Positions 37,357 through 47,621 of a DNA stretch of 64,000 nt are shown here, one piece after another. The notes beneath the pieces are model-generated. The model did no database searches. It saw only the letters and a list, made by a program, of their open reading frames with translations, and was not told the DNA's origin. How positions within the stretch are numbered: the stretch's first letter is position 1; every line of letters begins with the position of its first letter. Source of the stretch: Planctomycetota bacterium (GTDB lineage Bacteria; Planctomycetota; UBA8108; SXIK01); assembly GCA_965223845.1 (NCBI GenBank), contig CBDCXR010000004.1:6368001-6432000 (forward strand), written 5' to 3'. A program made the translations under genes and the position numbers.

Positions 37357-38721
37357 CTAGATCAGCTCGTGAACCGGTTCGATGCCGGAGTCGACGAGGT
37401 ACTGCGGTCGGCCGTGCATGTCGTCGACGGTCGCTGTACGAACGTCGATTCCGAGGTTGTGGTAGAGCGTAGCCCACACCTCTTGAAACGACACCGGGCG
37501 CTCCTTCGCGTATTCGCCGAGACGATTCGTCGCGCCGATCACCTGGCCCGTCTTCATGCCGCCGCCCGCAAGGAGGGCGCAGGAGACGCGCGGCCAGTGA
37601 TCACGGCTGTTCTTCTTGTTGATCTTTGGCGTGCGGCCGAACTCGCCCCAGACGATCACGCTCACGTCCTTGTCGAGTCCCCGTTCGTGAAGATCGGTGA
37701 TGAGCGCGGAGAGTCCTTGATCGAGGAGCGGAAACTCCTCGCGCGAACGCGGGAAGTTCATGCCGTCGCCGCCGTGCCAATCCCAGCGGCTGTAGTTGAG
37801 CGACACGACGCGCGCCCCGGCTTCGACGAGCCGCCGCGCGACGAGGAAATTGCGCACCATTTTGGGTGCACCATCGCGCTGAAACGTTTCGTCGTTCTCG
37901 CCGTAGCGCTCGACGATCTTCGGGTCCTCCTTCGAGAGGTCGAGCGCGTCGGCCAGACCGGACGACGTGAGGATACTCATCGCCTGGCGCGTGTAGTGGT
38001 CGACCCCCTGAAGTCGCTGGTCGTGGTCGAGACCGCGACGGAAGCGATCGAGTGAACCGAGCAGCTGCCCCCGGTCGCGGAGACGCTCGAGCGAGATTCC
38101 CTGAAGCGTCATGTCCTCCGACGGACCGACACCCTTCTCGCGCACGAGGCGAATCGGGGTGTGCGCCGGGCCGAGGTAGCCGCCGTCGCCGGGTTCACCC
38201 CAGTTGCGGAACCGCGTTCGGTACATGAGCGAGACGTGCGCGGGAATTCCCGGCGCCGCGGATCCCTGAAGCTTCGAGACGAAGGCGCCCGCCGCCGGCC
38301 AGCCGCCGCTCGGCGGATTTCGATGCGTGCGTCCGGTCATGCACTGAAAGCCGTCGTGATGACCCTCCGAGCCGACGACCGAACGGATGATGGCGAACTT
38401 GTCCGCCATCTTCGCGAGACGCGGAAAGAGCTCGCAGATTTGCATTCCCGCGACGTTCGTCTCGATCGGGTTGAACTCGCCGCGAATCTCGCGCGGCGCA
38501 TCCGGCTTCAAATCCCACAGATCGATGTGGGAGGGACCGCCCGGAAGGAAGATGTTGATCAGCGCCTTGTGCGTCCGGCCGGAACCCGAGCTCTGCTCGA
38601 GAGCGAGAAGTTGGGGGAGCGAGAGACCCCCGAGCGCCATCCCTCCTACTTTGAGAAAGCTGCGGCGACTCGTGCCGTCGCAGTGTCGCCGCCGGTCGCC
38701 GTTTCCCCAGAGGGTGAGCAT
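37357..38721 (-). CDS. DUF1501 family protein
   Basis: Motifs SRRSFLKVG, IFLPGGPSHIDLWDLKP, ARRLVEAGARVV, WDWH, WGEFGRTP, RDHWP, AGGG. Confidence 0.93.
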   Translation of the reverse strand: MLTLWGNGDRRRHCDGTSRRSFLKVGGMALGGLSLPQLLALEQSSGSGRTHKALINIFLPGGPSHIDLWDLKPDAPREIRGEFNPIETNVAGMQICELFPRLAKMADKFAIIRSVVGSEGHHDGFQCMTGRTHRNPPSGGWPAAGAFVSKLQGSAAPGIPAHVSLMYRTRFRNWGEPGDGGYLGPAHTPIRLVREKGVGPSEDMTLQGISLERLRDRGQLLGSLDRFRRGLDHDQRLQGVDHYTRQAMSILTSSGLADALDLSKEDPKIVERYGENDETFQRDGAPKMVRNFLVARRLVEAGARVVSLNYSRWDWHGGDGMNFPRSREEFPLLDQGLSALITDLHERGLDKDVSVIVWGEFGRTPKINKKNSRDHWPRVSCALLAGGGMKTGQVIGATNRLGEYAKERPVSFQEVWATLYHNLGIDVRTATVDDMHGRPQYLVDSGIEPVHELI

Positions 38722-38930
38722 GACGTCGTCCTCGCTCGCGCGTCGATCCAGAATGCCGAAGGCTCTCTGACTGAGTCTCGTTCAGTCTAAGCGAGCTCGC
38801 GGCGAGGGGTCCAGCTTCCGAGAGTCGAATTCGGGGCTACCTCGCCGCCGTCTCCGGTGCTCGTCTTGGCCTCCGTGCGCGATTCGCGTAGGGTCATGAG
38901 CCTTCCCCACACCTTCGGAGGTTACGACAC

Positions 38931-39755
38931 ATGACGCACCGATCGATCCCCCGCCGGCGGTTCCTGAAGGCCGCCGCTTCCGTCCTCGCCGCCCCGGCGA
39001 TCCTCCCGACGGGCTGCGCGCTCCTTCGCGGCGACGACGCGATCGAGCTCTTCGACGGAAAGACGCTCACCGGCTGGCACAAGAACCCGCAGAAGATCGG
39101 ACACGGAACGGGCGGCACCTGGTACGTCGAGGACGGCGCGATCGTCGGCGAGCAAGATCCTCCCGGTTCCGGTAACGGTGGGATTCTCCTCTCCGACCGG
39201 AAGTTCGGCGACTTCGAGGTCGAGATCGACATGAATCACGACTGGGGGCCCTGTTCGGGATTCTTCCTCCGCGCGAACGATCGCGGGCAGTGTCTTCAGG
39301 TGATGGTCGACTACCACGACGGCGGCAACGTCGGGCACATCTACGGTGAGGGAACGGGCGGCTTCAACTCGCGCGCGTTCGACATCAACGGCGAACTCGA
39401 CGCGGACGGGAACCTCGAGAAGATCGTGACTGCGAACGAGCGTACGCCCGAGCAGCACGGGTGCCGCTATACCTGTAAGCCCGAGGAGTGGGTGGACTCG
39501 TGGCGGATCGGCGACTGGAACACGATGCGTGTTCGCTGCGTCGGCAAGTACCCGGTGATCACGACGTGGATCAACGGTGCGAAGATCTGCGAATTCGACG
39601 GCGAGACCTTCGCCGGGGAGCGCTACGACCGAGAGAAGGTGCTCGAAACGCTAGGGACGGAAGGCTCGATCGCGGTGCAGGTGCACGGCGGGAAGGGTTG
39701 GCCGAAAGGGGCGAAGGTCCGCTGGCGGAATATACGCGTTCGCGCCATCTCGTAG
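38931..39755 (+). CDS. DUF1080 (3-keto-disaccharide hydrolase family) protein with Tat signal
   Basis: Signal PRRRFLK...PTGC. Motifs LFDGKTLTGW, WYVEDGAI, SGFFLR, GDWNTMRV, GSIAVQVH, VRWRNIRVR. Confidence 0.9.
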   Translation: MTHRSIPRRRFLKAAASVLAAPAILPTGCALLRGDDAIELFDGKTLTGWHKNPQKIGHGTGGTWYVEDGAIVGEQDPPGSGNGGILLSDRKFGDFEVEIDMNHDWGPCSGFFLRANDRGQCLQVMVDYHDGGNVGHIYGEGTGGFNSRAFDINGELDADGNLEKIVTANERTPEQHGCRYTCKPEEWVDSWRIGDWNTMRVRCVGKYPVITTWINGAKICEFDGETFAGERYDREKVLETLGTEGSIAVQVHGGKGWPKGAKVRWRNIRVRAIS

Positions 39756-39851
39756 AAGAATTTCACACGAAGAACGCGAAGGACCGCGAAGAAAGACGAA
39801 GGTAGGAAGAAAGGAAAGTATCCGGTGTCGGGCGAGCTGCCGCACGAAGTA

Positions 39852-40148
39852 GAGCTACCCTCGAAAGGTGTGGGAATAGAAGACAGGCGGTGAAACCTTA
39901 CTTGTTGCAACACAAAGACAAGGAGTCACCGCCATGCCGAAAAAGACCACGCCTGTGCTGAGTTCGTCAAGCGTCGCCTGGATCAACTCGAGGACTTCGT
40001 GCGGGACACGGTTCAGTTCGTCGTCCAGCAGCTGCTCGAGGAGGAAGTCTCGGAGTTATTGGGCCGGGCTTCGGCTTAAGCGGAGAACAGATACGTCGTC
40101 AGAAACGCACCGTGTGAGATCTTCTTCCACACCTGTTGACGGTTCCTC
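39852..40148 (+). mobile_element. Internally deleted IS256-family element (MITE-like, 297 bp)
   Basis: TIRs GAGCTACCCTCGAAAGGTGTGGGA and revcomp GAGGAACCGTCAACAGGTGTGGAA match at 18/24. Flanks CACGAAGTA / CACGAAAGTA form a near-TSD. A transposase N-terminal remnant lies inside. Confidence 0.8.
39934..40079 (+). pseudogene. IS256 transposase N-terminal fragment, frameshifted and truncated
   Basis: AAGGAG RBS then MPKKTT..VAW. After a shift at ~39981 it reads DQLEDFVRDTVQFVVQQLLEEEVSELLGR, resembling the IS256 'LExEVTELLG' N-terminus. Confidence 0.7.
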
Positions 40149-40270
40149 CACGAAAGTAAGGCAACTCGCCTGACACCAATTAGTCTCTTTTCTCTTCCTT
40201 CGTCCGCCTTCGCGGTCCTTCGCGCTCTTCGTGTGAAATCTCCCTCGAGGCGAACCAACCGCTCCGGGAG

Positions 40271-43200
40271 TCATCGCCCGCCGTAGAAGACCGACGCGTT
40301 TCGGCTTTCGCGGTTCGTCGTGATGAGATCGAGCTCGCCGTCGCCGTCGAGATCGACCGCTTCGAGGTCGACGGGGGCGTCCATCGCGGGGTCGCCGAGC
40401 TCGACGTGTACCGGATCCGCTCCGTCGCGCGTGAGGAGGGCGACGACGCTCGAGGGGAGGTCTCCCGCGAACGCTACCGCTACGTCCGCCCGTCCGTCCG
40501 TGTCGAAGTCGCCCGTCGCGACCGCGGTCGGCTCTCTTCCTTCTTCGGGAGGAGCGAGGTACGTGCCCGTCGAGAACGTTCCGTCGGCGCCTTGCGCGAG
40601 GAGCGACACGCTGTTCCCCGTCGTGTTCGCCGTCACCACGTCGAGCCTTCCGTCGCCGTCGATGTCCGCGGCCGCGAGCGACACCGGCCGATCTCCGGAT
40701 TCGAGCGCGATCGTCTGCGCACCCGCACCCTGGAGAAAGATGCCGACTTCTTCGGAGCGGTGATAGGCGACCACGATATCGATCCGTCCGTTGCGATCGA
40801 GGTCTTCCGCGAGGAGCGCGATCGGTCCTTCGGCCCCCTCGGCGGGCACGAGGGCATCGGCGACCTCGAGAAAGCTTCCGTCTTCCTGCTGAAGAAGAAG
40901 GTGAAGCGTGTTTGAGATGCGACCCGCAGTGACGATGTCGAGAAGTCCGTCGCCGTTGTGATCGGCGACCGCGAGCGCCTGCGGCCCGACGAGGTTCGCC
41001 GGGCTGAGGATCGTCGTTCCCGCGGTGAAGGTCCGATCCTCGGCCTGTGCGATGATCGCAAGGTTGTTCGAGTCGGCGTTTGCGGTGATGACATCGGGGA
41101 AGTTATCGCCGTTGATGTCGGCCACCGCGACCGCCATGGGTCCGAGCGCTTCGGCGGGGAAGTCGATCACGACGGTCTCGAACGTTCCGCCGCCTCCCGG
41201 CGACGAACAGACGAGGGCGTTCGCCTCGCGGTGGACGGTCACGATCTCCGTGTAGTTGCCGCCGTTGATGTTTGCGATCGTCGAGGCGCTCGGGCGCGAC
41301 GGTGGATCGAAGTCGCTCCGCTCCGCGTCTCCAGTGAAGCTCCCGCGCGTGTCTTCGCGGTAGACGACGATCGCGCTCGCCGGACCGGGATCGCCCGCGC
41401 GCTCGACGTGCTCGAAGGAAACGATGTCGAGCGAACCGTCTGCGTCGAGGTCGACGACGGCCGGTGCTCCGCGCGCCATCGTCGTTTCTGCACCGGCGAT
41501 CGGATGGGAAGAGTACTCTCCCTCGGCATTCGGTAGAGCGACCTCGAGCGCCGACGAATCTTCGTCTTCGTTCGTGACGACGAGACCGCGGAGGCCGCCG
41601 CTGCCACCGGGGAGGGCGGCGATCGCGGAGGCTCCCGTGGCCGCGCGCCCGAGAAGACTCGAATCGGCGGACACGCCTCCTCCCTCGACCCCTGCGTGGA
41701 CGAGGATCTCGCCGCTGTCGGCGATGAAGACCGCGTCGTTCCGCCCGTCGCCATCGACGTCGGCGATCGACGCTCCGACGACGGCGCCGCTCACGTTGAG
41801 GGACGCCACGTCGAAACCGCCGTCGACGCGAGTGAGGACCGCCGCTTGATTAGAGGCTCCGGCGAGAAGATCGCTGCGATCGTCACCGCCGAGCGATCCG
41901 ACGGCGAGCGTGGTGTAGACTCCGGCCGGCAAATCGTGAGCGCAGGCGACGTAGCCGTCATCCTCGTCCGCGCAGCCGTCCTCGGCGGGCGCGCCGCCGC
42001 TCTTGTGGAACACGATGACGCGCGGATCGTCGTCGTCCTCGAGAACCGCGAAATCGATGTCGTCATCGCCGTCGAAATCGGCGGCGACGATGTCGGCCGG
42101 ACTGCTCAGCTCGACGTTTGCGCCGAGATACCGGCGATCCGTGAAAAAATCGCGTCCCTCGAGCTGGTGAATCACGATCAATCGGCCGTTGCCGCGCGAT
42201 GTCGTCGCGACGTCCGCGAGTCCGTTGCCGCTGAAATCGCCCACGACGATGCCCGAAGGATCATCGAGGCTGGCGTCGGGGAGGCGGAGAACATCGTAGC
42301 GACCGGGTTTCGTCTGCAGGAGGGCGACCACGGTGTTCGTCCCGCGCGCGGCATAGACGATGTCGAGGCTCGTGTCGTCGTCGAAGTCGACGACGGCGAC
42401 CGGACCGGGAAGATCTTGGGGCGGGACGCCGATCGACTCGGAGACCGCGTAGGGTCCCAGTGTCTCTTTCGGCGTCTCGTTCGCGTCGGCGATCCCGCGC
42501 GCACCGCGGGCAACCTCGGGTTCGTCGTTGAGTGCGATCAGCCCGCAGCCGTCGTCCGTTGCGTCCGCCGCGCGATCAAAGGGGGTGAAGCGAAAGCGGA
42601 CGTCGCCGCCGCCGGGGAGATCGGTCTCACTGTCCCAAATCCAGAGGTGCGGGATCCCCGCGGCGCTCGACGAGAGGTAGGTCGTCGAGGAGAGATCGAC
42701 TTCGACGATCGCGCCCGGGGTCGGCGGCGGGTCGAACGGAACGTCCACGAAGACGGTGCCGCGATCCTCGAAAAACTCGCAGATGCGCCGCTCTTGCTCG
42801 ACGGAGCCGTCGGCCGCGAGAATTCGAAGCGTGTGCCCGACGAGAAAGTCCTTGTCGACGATGCCGCCCAGCTCCTCCGTAGCGAGGATCCACGTGGCGA
42901 GGAGTCCGTCGGCGGACACTTCGACGCCGATGGGCTCCTCCACGATTCCGCGGAGCGCGTCCGGCGCGAAGGTTGCAATCTGCAGTGCTCGCCGCTGCTC
43001 GGGCGACGCTAGAGCCTCCTCGCGGAGTGCGCTGCTCTCGTCGAAGTCGGCGGGCAGCTCAGGGAAATCGTCGCTCCCGGTCGCCCACTGCGCGAACACG
43101 TCCACCGGGTTCTGCTCGCGATCGACGACGCGTACGCGTACGGCGATTCCGCGGCGCTGGTCGAGATCGCTCGCGAAGTCTTCCCCGAGGAATTCGATCC

Positions 43201-44056
43201 GCGGCGAAGCGTTGCCATCGACGTCGAGCGGGAGATCGACCGGCGCGCCCATCTTTCCCGTTTCGCCGGGAATGACGTCGATGGGCACGAGTCGCAGCAC
43301 CGCGGGTCGGTCGAGTCGGCCGATGTCTTGGCGATTCAGCCATTCGAAGGAGTGCATTCCGCCGTTGTCGGCCGTCGAGAGGTTGCGCGTTTCGCCGTCG
43401 GTCGTCGCGATGGCGAAGGCCGGCTCGGGCTCGCCGTCGACGATCGGCTCCAGAGTGAACGACGCCATCACGTCGACGGGGTCGAACGCGGAGTCGACGA
43501 GCGTGACGTCGACCGTCACATCGCCGCCGGGTTCCTGCGAGGTCATCGCCTCGGCGATCTCCGGCGCGTCGTTGCCGACGAGAACCTGTACCTCCAGCGG
43601 TTCGTCAAACTCGCCGCTGAAGCGGAGGCGCACGCGGTGCTGAGTGTCGTCGCCGAGGTCGGCGAGCGCGTCCCAGCCGATGGCGTGAACGACGCCCGTC
43701 GCCGAGGTCGGAAGACCGGAGAACGCGCCCGGACCCGAGGTCGACCCAGGAAGCGGACTGCGGAGGGTGATCGGCGAGAAGTCGCCGCCCGCGTCGAGAT
43801 CGCGGTACTCGATCGTGAGGGGTGCCGGTCCGCGTTCGCGCCGGAGGCGAACGCGGACCGTCGCATTCGCCGGCATCGACCGGGCGTTGTCGATCCCTTC
43901 GAAGTCGATGAACGCCGGCCCGACGGCGCCGCCGCTTCCCCCGCCACCGCCTCCGCCGTCATCGAGAAGGAGGAGTAGGAGCAGCGCGCCGCTGTTGCAA
44001 CCCGAGAGCGCGAGCGGAAGCAGCGCGAGCAAGAGAAGAGTCCGTGTCCGTTTCAT
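40271..44056 (-). CDS. Lipoprotein with N-terminal Ig-like repeats and C-terminal FG-GAP/VCBS repeats
   Basis: Lipobox LALSG-C. Many DxDGDGxxD repeats (ADFDGDDDID, ADVDGDGRND, ADIDGDGRLD, VDLDGDGELD). Confidence 0.9.
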   Translation of the reverse strand: MKRTRTLLLLALLPLALSGCNSGALLLLLLLDDGGGGGGGSGGAVGPAFIDFEGIDNARSMPANATVRVRLRRERGPAPLTIEYRDLDAGGDFSPITLRSPLPGSTSGPGAFSGLPTSATGVVHAIGWDALADLGDDTQHRVRLRFSGEFDEPLEVQVLVGNDAPEIAEAMTSQEPGGDVTVDVTLVDSAFDPVDVMASFTLEPIVDGEPEPAFAIATTDGETRNLSTADNGGMHSFEWLNRQDIGRLDRPAVLRLVPIDVIPGETGKMGAPVDLPLDVDGNASPRIEFLGEDFASDLDQRRGIAVRVRVVDREQNPVDVFAQWATGSDDFPELPADFDESSALREEALASPEQRRALQIATFAPDALRGIVEEPIGVEVSADGLLATWILATEELGGIVDKDFLVGHTLRILAADGSVEQERRICEFFEDRGTVFVDVPFDPPPTPGAIVEVDLSSTTYLSSSAAGIPHLWIWDSETDLPGGGDVRFRFTPFDRAADATDDGCGLIALNDEPEVARGARGIADANETPKETLGPYAVSESIGVPPQDLPGPVAVVDFDDDTSLDIVYAARGTNTVVALLQTKPGRYDVLRLPDASLDDPSGIVVGDFSGNGLADVATTSRGNGRLIVIHQLEGRDFFTDRRYLGANVELSSPADIVAADFDGDDDIDFAVLEDDDDPRVIVFHKSGGAPAEDGCADEDDGYVACAHDLPAGVYTTLAVGSLGGDDRSDLLAGASNQAAVLTRVDGGFDVASLNVSGAVVGASIADVDGDGRNDAVFIADSGEILVHAGVEGGGVSADSSLLGRAATGASAIAALPGGSGGLRGLVVTNEDEDSSALEVALPNAEGEYSSHPIAGAETTMARGAPAVVDLDADGSLDIVSFEHVERAGDPGPASAIVVYREDTRGSFTGDAERSDFDPPSRPSASTIANINGGNYTEIVTVHREANALVCSSPGGGGTFETVVIDFPAEALGPMAVAVADINGDNFPDVITANADSNNLAIIAQAEDRTFTAGTTILSPANLVGPQALAVADHNGDGLLDIVTAGRISNTLHLLLQQEDGSFLEVADALVPAEGAEGPIALLAEDLDRNGRIDIVVAYHRSEEVGIFLQGAGAQTIALESGDRPVSLAAADIDGDGRLDVVTANTTGNSVSLLAQGADGTFSTGTYLAPPEEGREPTAVATGDFDTDGRADVAVAFAGDLPSSVVALLTRDGADPVHVELGDPAMDAPVDLEAVDLDGDGELDLITTNRESRNASVFYGGR

Positions 44057-44152
44057 TCATCACTCCGCGATTCTTACGGCCGAACCATCGTCCGGCCCGC
44101 GTGTGGATTCGATTGCGAGGTTCACCGGGTAGCGGTGGGGCGCCGACGGCGG

Positions 44153-45286
44153 CTACTTGATGAACAGCATCGTGCGGCGAATTTGCTCGCCGTTTTCGTG
44201 CACCATCAACACCTTGACGAGATTCGCTCCGCCCGCGACCGGAATCGCGGTCGGGACGAGGAGGCGAACGTACTCGTTTTGATCCTTGAGGGCCGCGAAC
44301 TCCCGCGCGAGAGCGTCGAGCTCGTTGTCGCTCGCGCGCCACGTGACCGCCGGCACTGAGGGCGAGAGCCGCGCGATCTCGAGACGGCGGAGCCGTCCGC
44401 CGTGGCGGTTCGCGATGCCGAGCTCGAGATCGATCTCATCGCCCGGGACGAGCTCGAGTGGATTGGGCGTGAGAAACACTACGGCGAGCGGCTTCACCCA
44501 GTCTTCCGAGAGGAGCTGATCACGCAGCGACTCACCGAGCTGGGCGCCGAGATCGCTGTGCACCGCCTCGGTGAGAAATCCGCTCAGTCGATTCGGCGAC
44601 GCGCCGGGTGCGACGACCATCGGCGGAACGACGATCGTCAGAAGAAAGTCGGTGGTCTCCTGCGTCCGATCCCAGAGGCTGCTCCCCTGGGGACTCGTGC
44701 TGAAGGACGCGGGCGAGTCAAACGCCGGCACGTCTCCGCCGCCGTTCAGCCAGCGCCGCACTCGCGACTGGTGGAGATCGAGTCTCTCGACGGTGAGGTT
44801 CGCGGGTGCGTCGAACTGAACCGTCGGTACGAACCACGACGGAAATCCTCCGAAGATGAACGTAAACACTTCGAGGGTTCCCCAGGCCGCGGAGCGCGAA
44901 TACTCCGTGTACTCGTCCTCGGTCTCGAATCCGACGGCGAGGAGGAGATCGAGTCCTTCCGCTTCTCGGATCGCGTCGCTCCGATTCCTTGCCGAGAGGA
45001 CCTCGACTTGGCTCACGATCGGGTTGTCGATCGAGATGACGTGCTTGAGCGCGCCGAGGAGCGCTTCATCGTCGCCGCGGTAACGCACCTTCGGGGTTTC
45101 GGCGTCATCCCCCGCGGGAATTCGGTACGGGAGACGTTCGGTGTCGAGATAGATCCCGACGTGGTACGGCAGGGGACCGCGCTCCTGCGCAGCATCGGGG
45201 TGAATCTCTGCTCCGGCGCATCCGGCGAGGAGCACGATCGCTCCGAGCCAGAGCCGGGCGAGCCCGGCCGTCGGCGTACTGTGCAC
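44153..45286 (-). CDS. Hypothetical lipoprotein
   Basis: GAGGAG RBS precedes GTG45286. Lipobox LLAG-C. Two internal hydrophobic segments. Confidence 0.72.
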   Translation of the reverse strand: MHSTPTAGLARLWLGAIVLLAGCAGAEIHPDAAQERGPLPYHVGIYLDTERLPYRIPAGDDAETPKVRYRGDDEALLGALKHVISIDNPIVSQVEVLSARNRSDAIREAEGLDLLLAVGFETEDEYTEYSRSAAWGTLEVFTFIFGGFPSWFVPTVQFDAPANLTVERLDLHQSRVRRWLNGGGDVPAFDSPASFSTSPQGSSLWDRTQETTDFLLTIVVPPMVVAPGASPNRLSGFLTEAVHSDLGAQLGESLRDQLLSEDWVKPLAVVFLTPNPLELVPGDEIDLELGIANRHGGRLRRLEIARLSPSVPAVTWRASDNELDALAREFAALKDQNEYVRLLVPTAIPVAGGANLVKVLMVHENGEQIRRTMLFIK

Positions 45287-45840
45287 TGGTTTTCTCCTCG
45301 GGACGGCGGGCTCCGTCCGCGGCATCCGGTGGGTCCTTGGCGATACGATCGTTCGCGAGCACGAGTCGTCGCTCGAGTCCTTCCGCCGGTCCGGGGTGCG
45401 CCGCGCGGCGATCGGTCGTTCGCGACCGAACACACAACTCAAGCGGCGGTCTCGTTTCACACAACAACACCCGGATCGTAGGCGTACGAAACGCTACGGG
45501 GCGAGATTGGATTGGCGGTGTTCGGGACCCAGGCTCGACGCGGATCGACATCGGCTCGAAGCGTCGGTGTAAGCTCTATGATGCTGCATCGCTCGAGCGA
45601 TGTCGACCCACCCGATAGCCACCGGTTGAAAAACCGATGCGGGCGAAAACTCCACGCGAAACCTCGAGTGCCATCGAGCCGGTTTGTGCCCGCGGAGGCT
45701 CGAATCGACGGAGCGCTAGCGGACTCGCCGCAACATCCACCTAACTTAAGCCGGTATCATCGCCGCCGTGCAGCCGTGCGCGTTGACCGCTGCACGGTCG
45801 ATCGGCGGCCGCGCCGAAGAATCGAACGAAGGGGAACCGC

Positions 45841-46476
45841 ATGCCGCGTGAACGCGCGAGACTCGTCGTCGTCGTGACCGCGATCGGTCTCGCGGCGTTC
45901 GCGGTCGCCGTGGCATTCCGGTGGGATGCGCTCGCGACGCGTTACTACGAGCTCCGCTTCCGTTCGAATCCTCGCGAGCTCGTCGACTGGCTCGATTCGC
46001 CGAGCGACACTCCCCGCGGCGCGGCGGTGGCGTCGGTTGCCGCGACCGCCCCGGGTCGCCACGCTCTCCTCCGAGCGTTCGCGGAGCACCTCGCGGAGGA
46101 GGTCGACCATCGCGAGTCCCCCGTCGTCGCCGCGCTCACGATCAACGGCGGACGCCGCATGTGGTTCGACACGAGCTACTCGGGTCGCAAACTCGAGCCG
46201 GGGGAGACGTACTGCGATCGACACGGAGTCGCGCGATCGCTCCGCGCGTGGTTGCCCTCGCTCGTGGGGGAGACATTCGATCACGAGGACGCGCCGGGAT
46301 ACGAGTTGCAGGTGCTCGCGTGGGAGTCGGCCGCCGAGCTCCACCGTCGACCGGTTTCGGATGACGAAGCGGGCACGATCTTCTGGTTCGGCGGTGATCG
46401 ATCGCACGTTCTCCAGGTCCGCCCGCGAGCGCCGGAGGGCGAACGCGCGCGAGCGCAAGAAGGAGCGAGTCCGTGA
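45841..46476 (+). CDS. Hypothetical membrane-anchored protein
   Basis: AAGGGG RBS, N-terminal TM helix. The stop overlaps the next start (GTGA). Confidence 0.65.
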   Translation: MPRERARLVVVVTAIGLAAFAVAVAFRWDALATRYYELRFRSNPRELVDWLDSPSDTPRGAAVASVAATAPGRHALLRAFAEHLAEEVDHRESPVVAALTINGGRRMWFDTSYSGRKLEPGETYCDRHGVARSLRAWLPSLVGETFDHEDAPGYELQVLAWESAAELHRRPVSDDEAGTIFWFGGDRSHVLQVRPRAPEGERARAQEGASP

Positions 46477-47621
46477 GTTGGGATGCGATCGTCATCGGTG
46501 CGGGAGGAATCGGGAGCGCGACGCTAGACGCACTCGCTCGCCGCGGCGGGCGCGTTCTCGGGATCGATCGCTTTGCGCCACCTCACGATCGCGGAAGCTC
46601 GTACGGCGAGACGCGCATCTTTCGCAAGGCCTACATGGAGCATCCCGACTACGTGCCGCTCGCGCGCCGGTCGGAAATCCTTTGGCGCGAGCTCGAAGAG
46701 CGGACCGAAACGCGTCTGCTTCACCGACCGGGACTTCTTCAAGTCGGCCCATCGGAGGGCCCGGTGATCCGCGGAGTTCGCGCGAGTGCGACCGAGCACG
46801 CACTCGATGTCGACGAGCTCGGCGCCCCCGAGCTGCGGCGTGAGTTCCCGGGATTCTCGTTCGAGGAAGGAAGCGTCGGACTCTTCGAGCGCGACGCGGG
46901 CTACCTCGAGGTCGAAGCGTGCATCCGGTGCGCGCTCGACGAAGCGGAGAAAGCGGGTGCCCGCCTCGCAGTCGACGAGCGTGTTCTTCACTGGGACGCC
47001 GACCGAGACGGGGTCTCGGTCGAAACCGATCGAGCACGGTATCGCGCGGACCGACTGATCGTCGCGGCGGGCGCCTGGGCACCGGAGCTCCTCGCGAAGC
47101 TCGGGGTCGAGTTCGAAGTCCGGCGGAAGGTGCTGCTCTGGTATCGAAGCACGCGGGCCGAGCACCGAGTCGATCGAGGCATGCCGACCTTCCTCATCGA
47201 GACGACCGGAGAGCGGCTCTTTTACGGCTTTCCCGTCATCGACGGCGAATCGCTCAAGGTCGCCGAGCACACGGGCGGGGTGCAGGTCGGCGATCCGCTC
47301 GCCGTCGATCGCGAGGTCGGAGATGGCGATCGCTCCCCCGTCGAAGCGTTCTGTCGCGAATCGCTCCCCGGCGTTACGAGCGAGCTCCTCCGCTCGAGCG
47401 TGTGTCTCTACACCATGACGCCGGACGAGCACTTCGTCGTCGATCGACATCCGAGCACGCCGCAGGTCGTGATTGCGGCCGGTCTATCGGGACACGGCTT
47501 CAAGTTCGCGCCCGCGCTCGGAGAGGCCCTCGCCGATCTCGCCCTCGAGGGCCGAACGTCGTTTCCGGTCGAGTTTCTGTCGCTCGCGCGATTCCCCGGG
47601 TCGGAACACCGTCGCGACTGA
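46473..47621 (+). CDS. solA: N-methyl-L-tryptophan oxidase / monomeric sarcosine oxidase family flavoprotein
   Basis: Motifs VIGAGGIGS, PPHDRGSSYGETRI, VAAGAW, FYGFP, CLYTMTPDEHF, GLSGHGFKFAP. Confidence 0.9.
   Translation: MSWDAIVIGAGGIGSATLDALARRGGRVLGIDRFAPPHDRGSSYGETRIFRKAYMEHPDYVPLARRSEILWRELEERTETRLLHRPGLLQVGPSEGPVIRGVRASATEHALDVDELGAPELRREFPGFSFEEGSVGLFERDAGYLEVEACIRCALDEAEKAGARLAVDERVLHWDADRDGVSVETDRARYRADRLIVAAGAWAPELLAKLGVEFEVRRKVLLWYRSTRAEHRVDRGMPTFLIETTGERLFYGFPVIDGESLKVAEHTGGVQVGDPLAVDREVGDGDRSPVEAFCRESLPGVTSELLRSSVCLYTMTPDEHFVVDRHPSTPQVVIAAGLSGHGFKFAPALGEALADLALEGRTSFPVEFLSLARFPGSEHRRD

Larger units (their letters stand above)
39760..40239. repeat. Nested imperfect palindrome (outer ~43-bp arms, inner 18-bp REP-like arms)
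   Basis: Outer arm ATTTCACACGAAGAACGCGAAGGACCGCGAAG at 39760 matches the reverse complement ending at 40239. Inner arm GGTGTCGGGCGAGCTGCC (39824-39841) matches GGCAACTCGCCTGACACC (40160-40177) at 16/18. Confidence 0.85.
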
